Counted from the first letter of the stretch, positions 38,031-48,305 are shown. The stretch is 54,725 nucleotides of DNA from Streptosporangiaceae bacterium (GCA_030045175.1 JASIBM010000468.1:1-54725), one strand, 5' to 3'. Notes: generated from the sequence alone by a model not told the origin. Program-made: numbers and translations.

Positions 38031-39143
38031 TCAGGTGCCCGCGATGAGGCCAGATTCGATGACGCGCTGGTCGGCGGCGATGGCCGGCTTGGACAGCGAG
38101 ATGTCCTCGCCGTCCTCGACGGGGAAGTGGCACGCCGCCACGTGGTCGGCGCCGTCGCCGAGCCTTGGCGCGAGTTCAGGCACGGTGACCACGCAGTCCT
38201 GGCGTGCCTTGGGGCAGCGCGGGTGGAACCGGCAGCCCGATGGGGGGTTAATCGGCGAGGGGACGTCGCCGGCCAGGATGATGCGCTCACGCTGGAGCGC
38301 GTGATCCGGGTCGGGCAGCGGAACGGCGGAGAGCAGCGCGTCGGTGTACGGGTGCCTGGGGTGGTGCCACATGTCCTCGACCGCTGCCTCCTCGGCGATC
38401 TTGCCGAGGTACATGACCGCGACCCGGTTGCTCACGTGCCTGACCACGGACAGGTCGTGGGCGATGAAGACGTACGTGAGCCCGAGGTCGCGTTGCAGGT
38501 CGGAGAGCAGGTTCAGGATCTGGGCCTGGATCGACACGTCGAGCGCGGAGACCGGCTCGTCGCAGATGATCAGCTTGGGGGTGAACGCCAGCGCCCGGGC
38601 CACCCCGATCCGCTGCCGCTGGCCACCGGAGAACTCGGCGGGGAACCTGTTGTAGTGCTCCGGGTTGAGCCCGACGAGCTCCATCAGGTGCTGTACCCGC
38701 CGCTTGCGCTCCTGGCCGCTCGCCGTCCGGTGGATAGCGAAAGGGTCGCCGATGATCGATCCCACCCGGCGCCTCGGGTTGAGCGAGCCGTAGGGATCCT
38801 GGAAGATCATCTGGATCTCACGGCGGAACGGCCGCATCCGGTGGGCCGACAGGCGGGTGATGTCGGTGCCGTCGAACGTGATCTTGCCAGAGGTCACGTC
38901 GTACAGCTTGGCGATGCACCTCGCCAGCGTGGACTTGCCGCAGCCGGTCTCGCCGACCAGGCCGAGCGTCTGGCCCTTGCGCACCTCGAGGCTCACCCCG
39001 TCCACCGCGTGCACGGCCTCGTGCGAGCGCTGGAACAGCCTGGTCGACTTCAGCGGGAAGTACTTGACGACGTTCTCCACCCGGAGCAGCACCTCGCCGG
39101 ACGGGTCCGCCACGGCCTGCTGCGTCGTCGCCTGCTCTGTCAT
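38031..39143 (-). CDS. Peptide ABC transporter ATP-binding protein (OppF/DppF-like), locus 2
   Basis: Start at MTEQATTQQ (CAT 39141-39143, with GGGAGGGA upstream). Contains [24 protein letters not shown] and GCRFHPRC. Confidence 0.86.
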   Translation of the reverse strand: MTEQATTQQAVADPSGEVLLRVENVVKYFPLKSTRLFQRSHEAVHAVDGVSLEVRKGQTLGLVGETGCGKSTLARCIAKLYDVTSGKITFDGTDITRLSAHRMRPFRREIQMIFQDPYGSLNPRRRVGSIIGDPFAIHRTASGQERKRRVQHLMELVGLNPEHYNRFPAEFSGGQRQRIGVARALAFTPKLIICDEPVSALDVSIQAQILNLLSDLQRDLGLTYVFIAHDLSVVRHVSNRVAVMYLGKIAEEAAVEDMWHHPRHPYTDALLSAVPLPDPDHALQRERIILAGDVPSPINPPSGCRFHPRCPKARQDCVVTVPELAPRLGDGADHVAACHFPVEDGEDISLSKPAIAADQRVIESGLIAGT

Positions 39144-39153
39144 CGTCCCTCCC

Positions 39154-40182
39154 CTATGCCTGCGCGCTGACCGGTGGCGCCTGCGTGACCTTGCGCCGCA
39201 GCTCCTGCCGTGCCGCGGGCTCACGCGGCAGCCAGCAGGCTGACATGTGCCCCGGCTCGTTGCCTGCCGCGGCCAGCGGCGGCTGCTCGGCGCGGCACTT
39301 GTCCATCACGTACGGGCACCTGGGGGCGAACGGGCAGCCAGGCGGGACGTTGATCGGACTCGGCGGCGTGCCAGGGATCGAGCGAAGCCGCTCACGCTCC
39401 CCGCCGTAGGCGGGCAGTGATTGCAGCAACCCCTCGGTGTAGGGGTGGTGGTAGTCCTTGAACAGGGTCAGCCGGTCGGCTTGCTCCATCACCATGCCGC
39501 CGTACATGACCACGACGTCGTCGGCGACGTCGGCGATCACGCCCAGGTCGTGCGTGATCAGGATCACCGCCGTGCCAAACTCCTCCTGCAGCCTGTTGAT
39601 CATCTGCAGCACCTGGGCCTGCACGGTCACGTCAAGCGCCGTCGTCGGCTCGTCCGCGATCAGCAGCTTGGGGTTCAGCGCCATCGCCATCGCGATCATC
39701 GCGCGCTGTCGCATGCCGCCGGAGAACTGGTGCGGGTAGTCGTCGATCCGCCTGCTCGCCTGCGGGATGCCAACGAGCTGTAGCAGCTCGATCGCCCGCT
39801 TGCGGGCGTCGGCCCTGCTCGCCCCCTTGTCGTGCAGCCTGATCATCTCGATGATCTGCCAGCCGACCTTGTAGAAGGGGTGCAGGCTGGACAGCGGATC
39901 CTGGAAGATCATGCCGATCTGCGCGCCGCGGATGCGCGACATCTCCTCGCGCGACATCGTGAGCAGGTCGGCGCCCTCGAATAGGGCCCGTCCCTCGACC
40001 GCCGCCCCGCGGGTCAGGCCCATGATGGTCTGAGTGGCCACGCTCTTGCCGGACCCCGACTCCCCGACGATCCCAAGCGTCTGGCCGGGCTCAACCTGGA
40101 ACGACAAGCCCCGGACCGCCCTGACGATGCCGTCGTCGGTCCGGAAAGAGACGCGCAGGTTGTCGACCTCAAGTAGCGCCAC
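39154..40182 (-). CDS. Peptide ABC transporter ATP-binding protein (OppD/DppD-like), locus 2
   Basis: [36 protein letters not shown] and GCPFAPRC. Confidence 0.88.
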   Translation of the reverse strand: MALLEVDNLRVSFRTDDGIVRAVRGLSFQVEPGQTLGIVGESGSGKSVATQTIMGLTRGAAVEGRALFEGADLLTMSREEMSRIRGAQIGMIFQDPLSSLHPFYKVGWQIIEMIRLHDKGASRADARKRAIELLQLVGIPQASRRIDDYPHQFSGGMRQRAMIAMAMALNPKLLIADEPTTALDVTVQAQVLQMINRLQEEFGTAVILITHDLGVIADVADDVVVMYGGMVMEQADRLTLFKDYHHPYTEGLLQSLPAYGGERERLRSIPGTPPSPINVPPGCPFAPRCPYVMDKCRAEQPPLAAAGNEPGHMSACWLPREPAARQELRRKVTQAPPVSAQA

Positions 40183-40341
40183 TCTGCCTACCTCCCTGGT
40201 GACTGGCGATCAACGTCGCGATCCGGCCATGCCGGGCAGATGAGCCATCACCAAACACTGGCGTAAAAGATTGTATTCCGGCGGTGCCCCGCGGTATACG
40301 CACCGCGGGGCACCGTCAGGACTTGCTATGTCAGAGCTTGA

Positions 40342-42174
40342 TCACGAGCCTGGAGCGCTCAGCCAGACGTTGGTCGGATCGAAGTTCTGGATCGCGGGCA
40401 CGTACACGGCGTTGTGCACGTAGCTCGCGTGGTAGTTCGGCTGGAGCGGCTGGGTGATCGGGTAGATGGGGGCGTCCGCCATGACCATCATGTCGAGCTT
40501 GGCCCACAGCTTGCCCGCGGCCACGATGTTGCCAGTCTTCGCCGCCTGCGTGATCAGGGTGTTCACCGCCGGGTTGTTGTAGAAGCCGAAGTTGCTCCCA
40601 CCGTTCTGCGGGTAAGCGGTCGGGCCGTAGAACAGCGGCTCGAAGAACGAGGCCGCGGCGTCTCCGTACCAGTCCGGACCCCAGCCGGCCAGTGACAGGT
40701 CCCAGACACCGGTCTTGGCGGTGTTCGGGGCGTACAGGTACTTGGTGTAGAAGTCGGCGTTGGGAACCGCCAGGCCCTTCAGGGTGATGTTGACCTTGGA
40801 CAGGTCAGCCTGCAGGGTCTGGAACATCTTGACGGCCAGCGTCGACTCGGTCCGGTACAGGAACGTGAGCGTCATGCCGTGCGGGAAGCCAGCGGCCGCG
40901 AGCATCTTCTTGGCCTTCGCCGGGTTGTACGGGTACGGGTTGTAGTTGGCGGGCACGTACTGAGCGCCGTTGATGCCGGCGGGCAGCACGTGGGTCAGCG
41001 GCGGGCTCACGTCCGGGCCGTTGTCGTCCTGGATCAGGTGCGCGCGGTCGATCGCGTAGCTGATCGCCTGCCGGACCTTCACGTTCGCCAGCGCGCCGTG
41101 GTTGTTCGGCGAGATGGTGTTGAAGATGATGTACGGGTTGGTCGAATAGGTCGGGCCAAGGTTAAAGTCCTTGCTGCCCGCCTTCATCTGGGCGATCAGG
41201 CCCGGAATGGCCGAGACCGGCGGGAAGGTGTCCCACTCTGCGCCGCCCGCGGAGGTGTTGGTCTGCAGCACCGTCTGGTTGGCGACGGGGTTGCCTGTCT
41301 CCTTGACGATGATCTCGTTCACGTAGGCCTTGCGGATCGGGTCGGTCGACGCGTTCCAGGCCGGGTTCCTGGTGAAGATGATCTCCTTGGCCGGGATGTA
41401 CGTCGCGACCTTGTACGGGCCGTCAGCGATGGTGTGCTGGGCGGCTGCCGCGCTGGCCGGGAGGTAGTTCAGGCTCTCGAGCGGGGCCGGGTTGAACGCG
41501 TCAAGCGTCAGCTCGTCGGCGAAGTACGAGGCCGGGTGCACGAGCGTGATCTTCTCGGTCAGGCCGCTGGCCGTCACACCGGAGATCGAGTGCGTCGCCA
41601 TGTATGCCTTGATCCCCGCGATGGTCGGCTTGGCCTTGGCGAAGCCGGCGCAGAACGCGGCGTAGCCCTTGATCAGGTTGATGAAGTCCGGCAGCCCGCC
41701 GAACCTGGTGACGGGGTTGCAGGCCCGCTCCAGGCCGCGCACGGCGTCCGCGGCGGTTACCTGCCGCGGCGGCGTGGTGTCCCAGTCGGCGCCCTTGCGG
41801 ATGGTGATCGTGTAGGTCAGGCCGTTCGCGCTGATCGACGGCAGGGCCGTGGCCAGGTCGGGCGCGACGTCGAAGACCTTGTGCGGGATCGCCGGGTAGG
41901 CGTAAAGCCCCCTGATCCACATCCGCTGGCCGAGGTAGCCGATGCTGTAGTAGCTGATGTTGTAGTCCATGTAGTCAACATCGCCAGCGCCTAGCAGGGT
42001 GAGCGTGCCGCCCCGGACCGGCGTGCCGCTGTTGTTCAGGGCCTGAAGGCCACTGTTCAAGCTGACGCCAGACTTAGACGTACCGCTGTTGCTGTTGCTG
42101 CTGCAAGCGACAGCAACCAGCGCGAGCGCAGCCAGGCTGGCGACCGCAAGAGAACTTCGTGTGCGTGTCCGCAT
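40342..42174 (-). CDS. Family-5 peptide ABC substrate-binding lipoprotein, locus 2
   Basis: Start chosen at MRTRTRSSLAVASLAALALVAVACSS (lipobox), with AAGGAGG 12 nt upstream. The ATG at 42186 and the track start at 42267 are alternatives. Confidence 0.78.
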   Translation of the reverse strand: MRTRTRSSLAVASLAALALVAVACSSNSNSGTSKSGVSLNSGLQALNNSGTPVRGGTLTLLGAGDVDYMDYNISYYSIGYLGQRMWIRGLYAYPAIPHKVFDVAPDLATALPSISANGLTYTITIRKGADWDTTPPRQVTAADAVRGLERACNPVTRFGGLPDFINLIKGYAAFCAGFAKAKPTIAGIKAYMATHSISGVTASGLTEKITLVHPASYFADELTLDAFNPAPLESLNYLPASAAAAQHTIADGPYKVATYIPAKEIIFTRNPAWNASTDPIRKAYVNEIIVKETGNPVANQTVLQTNTSAGGAEWDTFPPVSAIPGLIAQMKAGSKDFNLGPTYSTNPYIIFNTISPNNHGALANVKVRQAISYAIDRAHLIQDDNGPDVSPPLTHVLPAGINGAQYVPANYNPYPYNPAKAKKMLAAAGFPHGMTLTFLYRTESTLAVKMFQTLQADLSKVNITLKGLAVPNADFYTKYLYAPNTAKTGVWDLSLAGWGPDWYGDAAASFFEPLFYGPTAYPQNGGSNFGFYNNPAVNTLITQAAKTGNIVAAGKLWAKLDMMVMADAPIYPITQPLQPNYHASYVHNAVYVPAIQNFDPTNVWLSAPGS

Positions 42175-42468
42175 CGATGCCCTCATCCTCCTTGGGTTCT
42201 CTATGTTCCGCAGCCACTGTTCCGCAGCCGCTGCCCAGGGGCTTAGCGCGGAGGGCTCAGTGCCCATTCACCGGGCCCACGGCATGGCGGCGCGCCGCAT
42301 GACGGCCGTCGCGTCATCTTAGGTCCGGTACGTCCGCCTCAGGAATGGGCCGCGAGCCAGAGCAGGCAATCGTGATCCGACAGTGACCTGCCGCTTATCA
42401 GACCGCAACTAGCCCCGCCGAAACGAGCAGGTCAGCGCGTGCCCGGACGCGATATCCCGACGGAGCGG

Positions 42469-45400
42469 TCAGGCGCTGAAATAACTCGCCTCTGGGTGAT
42501 GCGCAATCAGCGCGTCGGTGGACTGTTCCGGCGCGAGCTGGAACTCCTCGGACAGCGTGACGCCGATCCGCTCGGCGTCGAGCAACCGCATCAGCTTGGC
42601 CCGGTCCTCGAGCTCCGGGCATGCCGGGTATCCGAACGAGTAGCGGCAGCCGCGGTAGCCCACCTTCAAGATGCCGTCGATGCTGGCCGGGTCGTCGCCG
42701 CTGATCCCGAGCGCATCCCTGACCCGCGCGTGCCAGAACTCGGCGAGCGCCTCGGCTAGCTGCACGGAAAGCCCGTGCAGCTCCAGGTAGTCGCGGTAGG
42801 CGTTCTTGGCGAACAGCTCCGCGGTGGCCTCGCTGATCCGCGGGCCGATCGTGACGAGCTGGAAGGCGACCACGTCGGCCTGCCCGCTCGAGGCCGCCCT
42901 GAAGAAGTCGGCGAGGCAGAGCCGCCGGTCCCGGCGCTGGCGCGGGAACGAGAACCGTTCCCGCTCGCCACCGGACTCATCGAGCACGATCAGGTCGTTG
43001 CCCTCGCTGGCGCAGCGGAAGTACCCGTGCACCACGGCCGCGCCGAGCAGCCCCTCGGCCTGCACCCGCTCGAGCCACATCCGCAGCCGCGGCCTGCCCT
43101 CCGCCGCCACGAGCTCGTCATAGCCCCGCCCGCCGGTACCCCTGGTGGGCCGCAGGCCCCACTGGCCAAGGAAGAGCGCCCGCTCGTCGAGGTAGGCGGC
43201 GTAATCGGCGAGCGGTATGCCGCGCACCACCCGGGTGCCGAGGAACGGCGGGACAGGCACGGGCACATCCATGCTTACGTCGGAACGGAGCGCTTCACCC
43301 GGCTCCAGCCCGTCCGGCTGATCGCCGCCGCGGGTGGTCACCTTGGCCGTGGCCACCCGCCGCTGTCGCAGGGCGGGCAGCGCCGCGCCTGGCTCGCCGC
43401 GCCTGACCGCCATGCAGGCGTCCATCAGCCGCAGCCCCTCGAACGCGTCGCGGGCGTAGCGGACCTCGCCTTCGAACAGCTCGGCTAGGTCCTGCTCGAC
43501 GTAGGACCTGGTCAGTGCCGCGCCGCCGAGCAGCACGGGCCAGCGCCCGGCGAGGCCGCGTGAGTTGAGCTCGGCGAGGTTATCGCGCATCACCACGGTG
43601 GACTTGACCAGCAGGCCCGACATTCCGATCACGTCCACATCGGCCTCGGCGGCGGACTGGACGATCGCCGAGATCGGCTGCTTGATCCCGAGGTTGATGA
43701 CGTCGTATCCATTGTTCGACAAGATGATGTCGACCAGGTTCTTGCCAATATCGTGCACGTCGCCCTTGACGGTCGCGAGCAGGATCCTGCCCTTGCCCGC
43801 CTCACCCGAGTGCTCCATGTGCGGCTCGAGGTATCCCACCGCGGCCTTCATGACCTCAGCGGACGCCAGCACGAACGGCAGCTGCATCTGCCCGGAGCCG
43901 AACAGGTCCCCGACCGTCTTCATGCCGTCGAGCAGCACGTCGTTCACGATCTGCAGGGCCGGGCGCTGGCCGAGCGCCTCGTCCAGGTCGGCCTCGAGCC
44001 CGAGCCGCTCGCCGTCGATGATCCGGCGCTTGAGCCGGTCCCAGAGCGGCAGCCCGGCAAGCTCGGCCGCACGGGTCGCCCGAAGCGACGCGGCGTCCAC
44101 GCCAGCGAACTGCTCGAGCAGCGCGGCCAGCGGGTCGTAGCCGTCCCGCCTGCGGTCGTAGACCAGGTCGAGCGCGACCTGTAGCTGCTCGGCGGGAATC
44201 CGCGAGATCGGCATGATCCGCGCGGCGTGCACGATCGCGGAGTCCAGGCCGGCGTTCACGCACTCGTGCAGGAAGACCGAGTTGAGCACGGCCCTGGCGG
44301 CCGGGTTGAGGCCAAACGAGACATTCGAGACGCCGAGCGTGGTCTGCACGTCCGGGTAACGGCGCTTGACCTCCCTGATCGCCTCGATCGTCTCGATCGC
44401 GTCCCGCCTGGTCTCCTCCTGGCCGGTGGCGATCGGGAAGGTCAGGCAGTCCACGATGATGTCGCACTGGCGCATGCCCCAGGTGCCGGTCAGGTCGTCG
44501 ATCAGCCGGCCGGCCACGGCGACCTTCCAGTCCGCCGTCCTCGCCTGACCCTGCTCGTCGATGGTGAGCGCGATCACGGCGGCGCCGTGCTCGGCGACCA
44601 GCGACATGACCTTGGCGATCCGCGATTCCGGGCCGTCGCCGTCCTCGTAGTTCACCGAGTTCACCACGGCCCGCCCGCCGGTCAGCTCGAGGCCGGCCCT
44701 GAGTACCTCGGGTTCGGTGGAGTCGAGCACGAGCGGCAGCGTGGCGGCCGTGGCCAGCCTGCTGACGATCTGGCGCATGTCGGCGACGCCATCCCTGCCG
44801 ACATAGTCCACGCACACGTCGAGCAGGTGCGCGCCGTCGCGGGTCTGGGACCTGGCGATCTGGACGCACTCGTCGTACTTGCCCGCGAGCATCGCCTCGC
44901 GGAACGCCTTCGACCCGTTGGCGTTCGTCCGCTCGCCGATCGCGAGGAACGCCGTGTCCTGGCGGAACGGCACATGCTGGTAGAGCGAGGCCACGCCAGG
45001 CTCTGGCCTGGGGCGGCGCCTGGCGGCCTGCCGCCCGGCGAGCCTGGCGACGACGGTGGCGAGGTGGTCGGGCGTGGTGCCGCAGCAGCCGCCGATCAGG
45101 GCCAGGCCGTACTCGGCGACGAAGGTCTCGTGCGCGGCGGCGAGCTCGGCCGGGGTGACCGGGTAGTAGGCGCCGTCGGCGGTGAGCTCGGGCAGCCCGG
45201 CGTTGGGCATGCAGGAGATCGGGAGCCGGCAGTGCGCGGCGAGATAGCGCAGGTGCTCGCTCATCTCGGCGGGCCCGGTCGCGCAGTTCAGCCCGATCAC
45301 GTCGACGCCGAGCGGCTCGAGCACGGCGAGGGCGGCCCCGATCTCGCTGCCGAGCAGCATCGCGCCCGTGGTCTCGATCGTCACCTGCGCGATGAGCACG

Positions 45401-46008
45401 ATATCCCGGTCGGCGGCGGCTGCGAGCGCGCGCTTGGCTCCGATGATGGCGGCCTTGGCCTGAAGCAGGTCCTGGCAGGTCTCCACGATCAGCGCGTCCG
45501 CGCCGCCGTCGAGCAGCCCCGCCGCGTTGGCCTGGTAGGCGTCGCGCAACTCGGCGAACGAGACGTGGCCGAGGGTCGGCAGCTTGGTGCCAGGGCCGAT
45601 CGATCCGAGTACCCAGCGCGGCCCGCCGCCGGCCGCGCCGACCGCCTCGCGCGCGAGCGCGGCGCCCGCCCTGGACAGCTCGTAGATCCGGTCGGCGATC
45701 CCGTACTCACCGAGGTTGCCCAGGTTCGCGCCGAACGTGTTGGTCGAGATCGCGTCCACCCCGGCCGCCAGGTAACCCTCGTGCACCGAGCGCACGATGT
45801 CGGGCCTGGTGAGGTTCAGGATCTCGTTGCAGCCCTCGTGCCCGGCGAAGTCGTCGAGCGTCGCGCCGCTGCCCTGCAGCATCGAGCCCATCGCGCCGTC
45901 CGCGATCACAACCCGCTCAGTCAGCGCCGCTCGGAGTGTCTGCCCGGGGGGATGACCCCCCGAGCCCCCCGGCGGCGACTGGCGAGGCGGATCCGGTGCA
46001 AGCGACAT
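42469..46008 (-). CDS. metH: Cobalamin-dependent methionine synthase
   Basis: 1179 aa. Modules in order: Hcy-binding (VIADGAMGSML), pterin-binding, the B12-binding DxHxxG motif (GDVHDIGKN), and a C-terminal AdoMet-activation domain. Confidence 0.93.
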   Translation of the reverse strand: MSLAPDPPRQSPPGGSGGHPPGQTLRAALTERVVIADGAMGSMLQGSGATLDDFAGHEGCNEILNLTRPDIVRSVHEGYLAAGVDAISTNTFGANLGNLGEYGIADRIYELSRAGAALAREAVGAAGGGPRWVLGSIGPGTKLPTLGHVSFAELRDAYQANAAGLLDGGADALIVETCQDLLQAKAAIIGAKRALAAAADRDIVLIAQVTIETTGAMLLGSEIGAALAVLEPLGVDVIGLNCATGPAEMSEHLRYLAAHCRLPISCMPNAGLPELTADGAYYPVTPAELAAAHETFVAEYGLALIGGCCGTTPDHLATVVARLAGRQAARRRPRPEPGVASLYQHVPFRQDTAFLAIGERTNANGSKAFREAMLAGKYDECVQIARSQTRDGAHLLDVCVDYVGRDGVADMRQIVSRLATAATLPLVLDSTEPEVLRAGLELTGGRAVVNSVNYEDGDGPESRIAKVMSLVAEHGAAVIALTIDEQGQARTADWKVAVAGRLIDDLTGTWGMRQCDIIVDCLTFPIATGQEETRRDAIETIEAIREVKRRYPDVQTTLGVSNVSFGLNPAARAVLNSVFLHECVNAGLDSAIVHAARIMPISRIPAEQLQVALDLVYDRRRDGYDPLAALLEQFAGVDAASLRATRAAELAGLPLWDRLKRRIIDGERLGLEADLDEALGQRPALQIVNDVLLDGMKTVGDLFGSGQMQLPFVLASAEVMKAAVGYLEPHMEHSGEAGKGRILLATVKGDVHDIGKNLVDIILSNNGYDVINLGIKQPISAIVQSAAEADVDVIGMSGLLVKSTVVMRDNLAELNSRGLAGRWPVLLGGAALTRSYVEQDLAELFEGEVRYARDAFEGLRLMDACMAVRRGEPGAALPALRQRRVATAKVTTRGGDQPDGLEPGEALRSDVSMDVPVPVPPFLGTRVVRGIPLADYAAYLDERALFLGQWGLRPTRGTGGRGYDELVAAEGRPRLRMWLERVQAEGLLGAAVVHGYFRCASEGNDLIVLDESGGERERFSFPRQRRDRRLCLADFFRAASSGQADVVAFQLVTIGPRISEATAELFAKNAYRDYLELHGLSVQLAEALAEFWHARVRDALGISGDDPASIDGILKVGYRGCRYSFGYPACPELEDRAKLMRLLDAERIGVTLSEEFQLAPEQSTDALIAHHPEASYFSA

Positions 46009-46124
46009 GGTGCACCTATCCTAGGGCCATCGGGGCACACGTAGGCTGGGAGGCATCTGATCGGCGCCGGCCGGCTGGGACGGCAGCGTCAGGGCGAAAC
46101 AGGTGTGGCGGAGGAGGCTTTGCG

Positions 46125-46985
46125 ATCAAGCTCGACGGCATCTCGGCACTTACCTCACCGGCGGTCATAGCGGCCTTCGAAGGCTGGAACGATGCGGGCG
46201 AGGCGGCAAGCACCGCCGCGGCGCTGCTGAGCGCCGCCTGGGACGCGCGGGTGATCGGCGAGATCGATCCGGAGGACTACTACGACTTCCAGGTCACCAG
46301 GCCGGTCATCGAGGTCGCCGACGGCCACACCCGCAGGCTTTCCTGGCCTACGACGAGGCTGGCGCTGGCCAGCCCGGCCGGGCTGGGCCGTGATCTGATC
46401 GTGGTGCATGGCATCGAGCCGAACATGCGCTGGCGCGGGTTCTGCCGCGAGCTCGTGGACGGCTTCGCCGAGCTCGGCGCCGAGCTCGTCATCCTGATCG
46501 GCGCGCTGCTCGCCGACTCGCCGCACACCAGGCCAGTGCCAGTGACAGTCTCGGCCTCCGACGAGAAGATGGTCGCGGCGCTGCAGATCGAGCCCGTCGA
46601 CTACCAGGGGGCGACCGGGATCGTAGGGGTCCTGCAAGACATGTGCGCGACGGCTGGGCTTCCCGCGGTGTCGCTGTGGGCGGCGGTGCCGCATTACGTG
46701 GCGCAGCCGCCTAGCCCGAAGGCCACGCTGGCGCTGCTGCGCGGGGTCGAGGACATCCTGGACGCGCCGCTGCCGCTCGGCGACCTGCCCGAGGAGGCCC
46801 GGGCGTGGGAGCGGGGCGTGGATGAGCTCGCCGAGCAGGACTCGGAGGTCGCCGAGTACGTCCGCGCGCTCGAGGAGGCCAAGGACGCGACCGACCTGCC
46901 CGAGGCCAGCGGTGACGCGATCGCCCGCGAGTTCGAGCGTTACCTGCGCCGTCGCGGCGACCGCGGCGAGCACGGCGGCCGCTGA
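46125..46985 (+). CDS. PAC2 (proteasome assembly chaperone 2-like) family protein
   Basis: SPAVIAAFEGWNDAGEAAS is the family hallmark. There is no in-frame ATG/GTG/TTG between the metH start and this motif. A GGAGGAGG SD (46110-46117) lies 7 nt before an in-frame ATC at 46125. The alternative is GTG 45996, which overlaps metH. Confidence 0.7.
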   Translation: MKLDGISALTSPAVIAAFEGWNDAGEAASTAAALLSAAWDARVIGEIDPEDYYDFQVTRPVIEVADGHTRRLSWPTTRLALASPAGLGRDLIVVHGIEPNMRWRGFCRELVDGFAELGAELVILIGALLADSPHTRPVPVTVSASDEKMVAALQIEPVDYQGATGIVGVLQDMCATAGLPAVSLWAAVPHYVAQPPSPKATLALLRGVEDILDAPLPLGDLPEEARAWERGVDELAEQDSEVAEYVRALEEAKDATDLPEASGDAIAREFERYLRRRGDRGEHGGR

Positions 46986-47001
46986 CCGGCGAAACGTAAG
47001 C

Positions 47002-47754
47002 TCAAATCGGCGGCCAGGGCACGGCTGGCCAGTCTTCCGGCGGGTAGGGGTGCACGCGGTGCCGCAGCAGCAGCTCGACCCTGATCCTGGTGGCCATGAC
47101 CTCATCGGCCGTCAGCCACCTGGCCAGCGCCTCGGCCAGCTCTCCGCCGTCGAGCTGCGCGCTGATCCGCTCGAGCGCGAGCACGGCGTCAGGGGTGAGC
47201 GGATCGCCGCGCCACTGCCAGAGCACCGTGCGGAGCTTGTACTCCTCGGCGAAGCACACGCCGTGATCACAGCCGTACAGGTGCCCGTCGGGCGCTGGCA
47301 GCAGGTGGCCGATCTTGCGGTCGGCGTTGTTGATCACCGCGTCGAACACGGCCATGGCCCGCAGGCCGGCGTGAACGCGGCTCCTGGCCAGGGCCACGAG
47401 GTCGACGGCTTCATCCGAGTCGATCCATAGCTGGCACATGCCGGGCCCGAACGGCCCGTCACGGTAGACCGTCGGCGGCACGATGTCCCAGCCCGAGGCC
47501 AGCGACACCGCGTAGGCAGCGAGCTCACGGCCCGCGAGCGTGCCGTCAGGGAAGTCCCAGAGCGGCCGTTCCCCCGCGATCGGCTTGTACACGCAGGCGG
47601 CTTCCCTGCCATCGCGGGTGATCGTGCAGTACATGGTGGCGTTGGATGCCTCGGCGAGCCGGCCGCGGACCTCTAGCTCGCCATGTTCAAGCAGGTCGAT
47701 GTCCAGATCATGTCGGCCGGATGGCAGCTCGGGCGCGCTCTCAGCCGCGGCCAA
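47002..47754 (-). CDS. SCO1664-family protein (PI3/4-kinase-like fold, conserved actinobacterial)
   Basis: ASNATMYC...VYKPIAGERPLWDFPDGTLAGRE...VINNADRKIGHLL...CDHGVCF matches my recollection of this family. Confidence 0.7.
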   Translation of the reverse strand: MAAAESAPELPSGRHDLDIDLLEHGELEVRGRLAEASNATMYCTITRDGREAACVYKPIAGERPLWDFPDGTLAGRELAAYAVSLASGWDIVPPTVYRDGPFGPGMCQLWIDSDEAVDLVALARSRVHAGLRAMAVFDAVINNADRKIGHLLPAPDGHLYGCDHGVCFAEEYKLRTVLWQWRGDPLTPDAVLALERISAQLDGGELAEALARWLTADEVMATRIRVELLLRHRVHPYPPEDWPAVPWPPI

Positions 47755-48301
47755 CCCGGTGTCCGTTCTGTCGCGGGCAGATGTGGCCAGACGCGTCGAG
47801 CGGCAGGCCGCACAGCGGACAGGGCGGGCGGCCGGCGACGACGAGGGCGAGCGCGCGCTTGGCGAAGGCGCGGGCGACGCCCGCCGTGATCGTGACGCGC
47901 AAGATCCCCGGGCCGTCTTCCGGCAGGTCCTCGGTCAGCGGCTCCAGCGGCTCATCGCTGAGCTCCTGCGCCTCGATGATGACCCGCTCGCTCTCGCCGT
48001 CCCACGCCAGCGCGATCGCCCCGACCCTGAAGTCCTCCATCAGCGGCTGCTCGAGCGGGCCGTCGTCGGCCAGCGAGGCCGGCGCGACGGCGGGTATCGA
48101 CGCCGTGCCGCCGGTACGGCGCAGCACCTCGTCGAGCAATTCATCCAGCCTCTCAGCCAGCTGGCTGACCTGCCCCTTCTCCAGTGCGACGCTAGTGACC
48201 CTGCCGCCGCCCGTGGCCTGCAGGTAGAAGGTGCGATCCCCCGGCTGGCCCACGGTTCCTGCGATGAACCTGTCCGGCGGGTCGTACGAGTAGACCGGCA
48301 T
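47741..48301 (-). CDS. DUF3090 domain-containing protein
   Basis: PDRFIAGTVGQPGDRTFYLQA... and the C-terminal CPLCGLPLDASGHICPRQNGH zinc ribbon. 14-nt overlap with the downstream gene. Confidence 0.7.
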   Translation of the reverse strand: MPVYSYDPPDRFIAGTVGQPGDRTFYLQATGGGRVTSVALEKGQVSQLAERLDELLDEVLRRTGGTASIPAVAPASLADDGPLEQPLMEDFRVGAIALAWDGESERVIIEAQELSDEPLEPLTEDLPEDGPGILRVTITAGVARAFAKRALALVVAGRPPCPLCGLPLDASGHICPRQNGHRVGRG

Positions 48302-48305
48302 GAAC

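Noticed and set aside
46009-46124. A cobalamin riboswitch upstream of metH
   Set aside because: No B12-box-like sequence is seen in the short (<120 nt) leader. B12 riboswitches normally control metE and B12 transport or synthesis genes rather than the B12-dependent metH.
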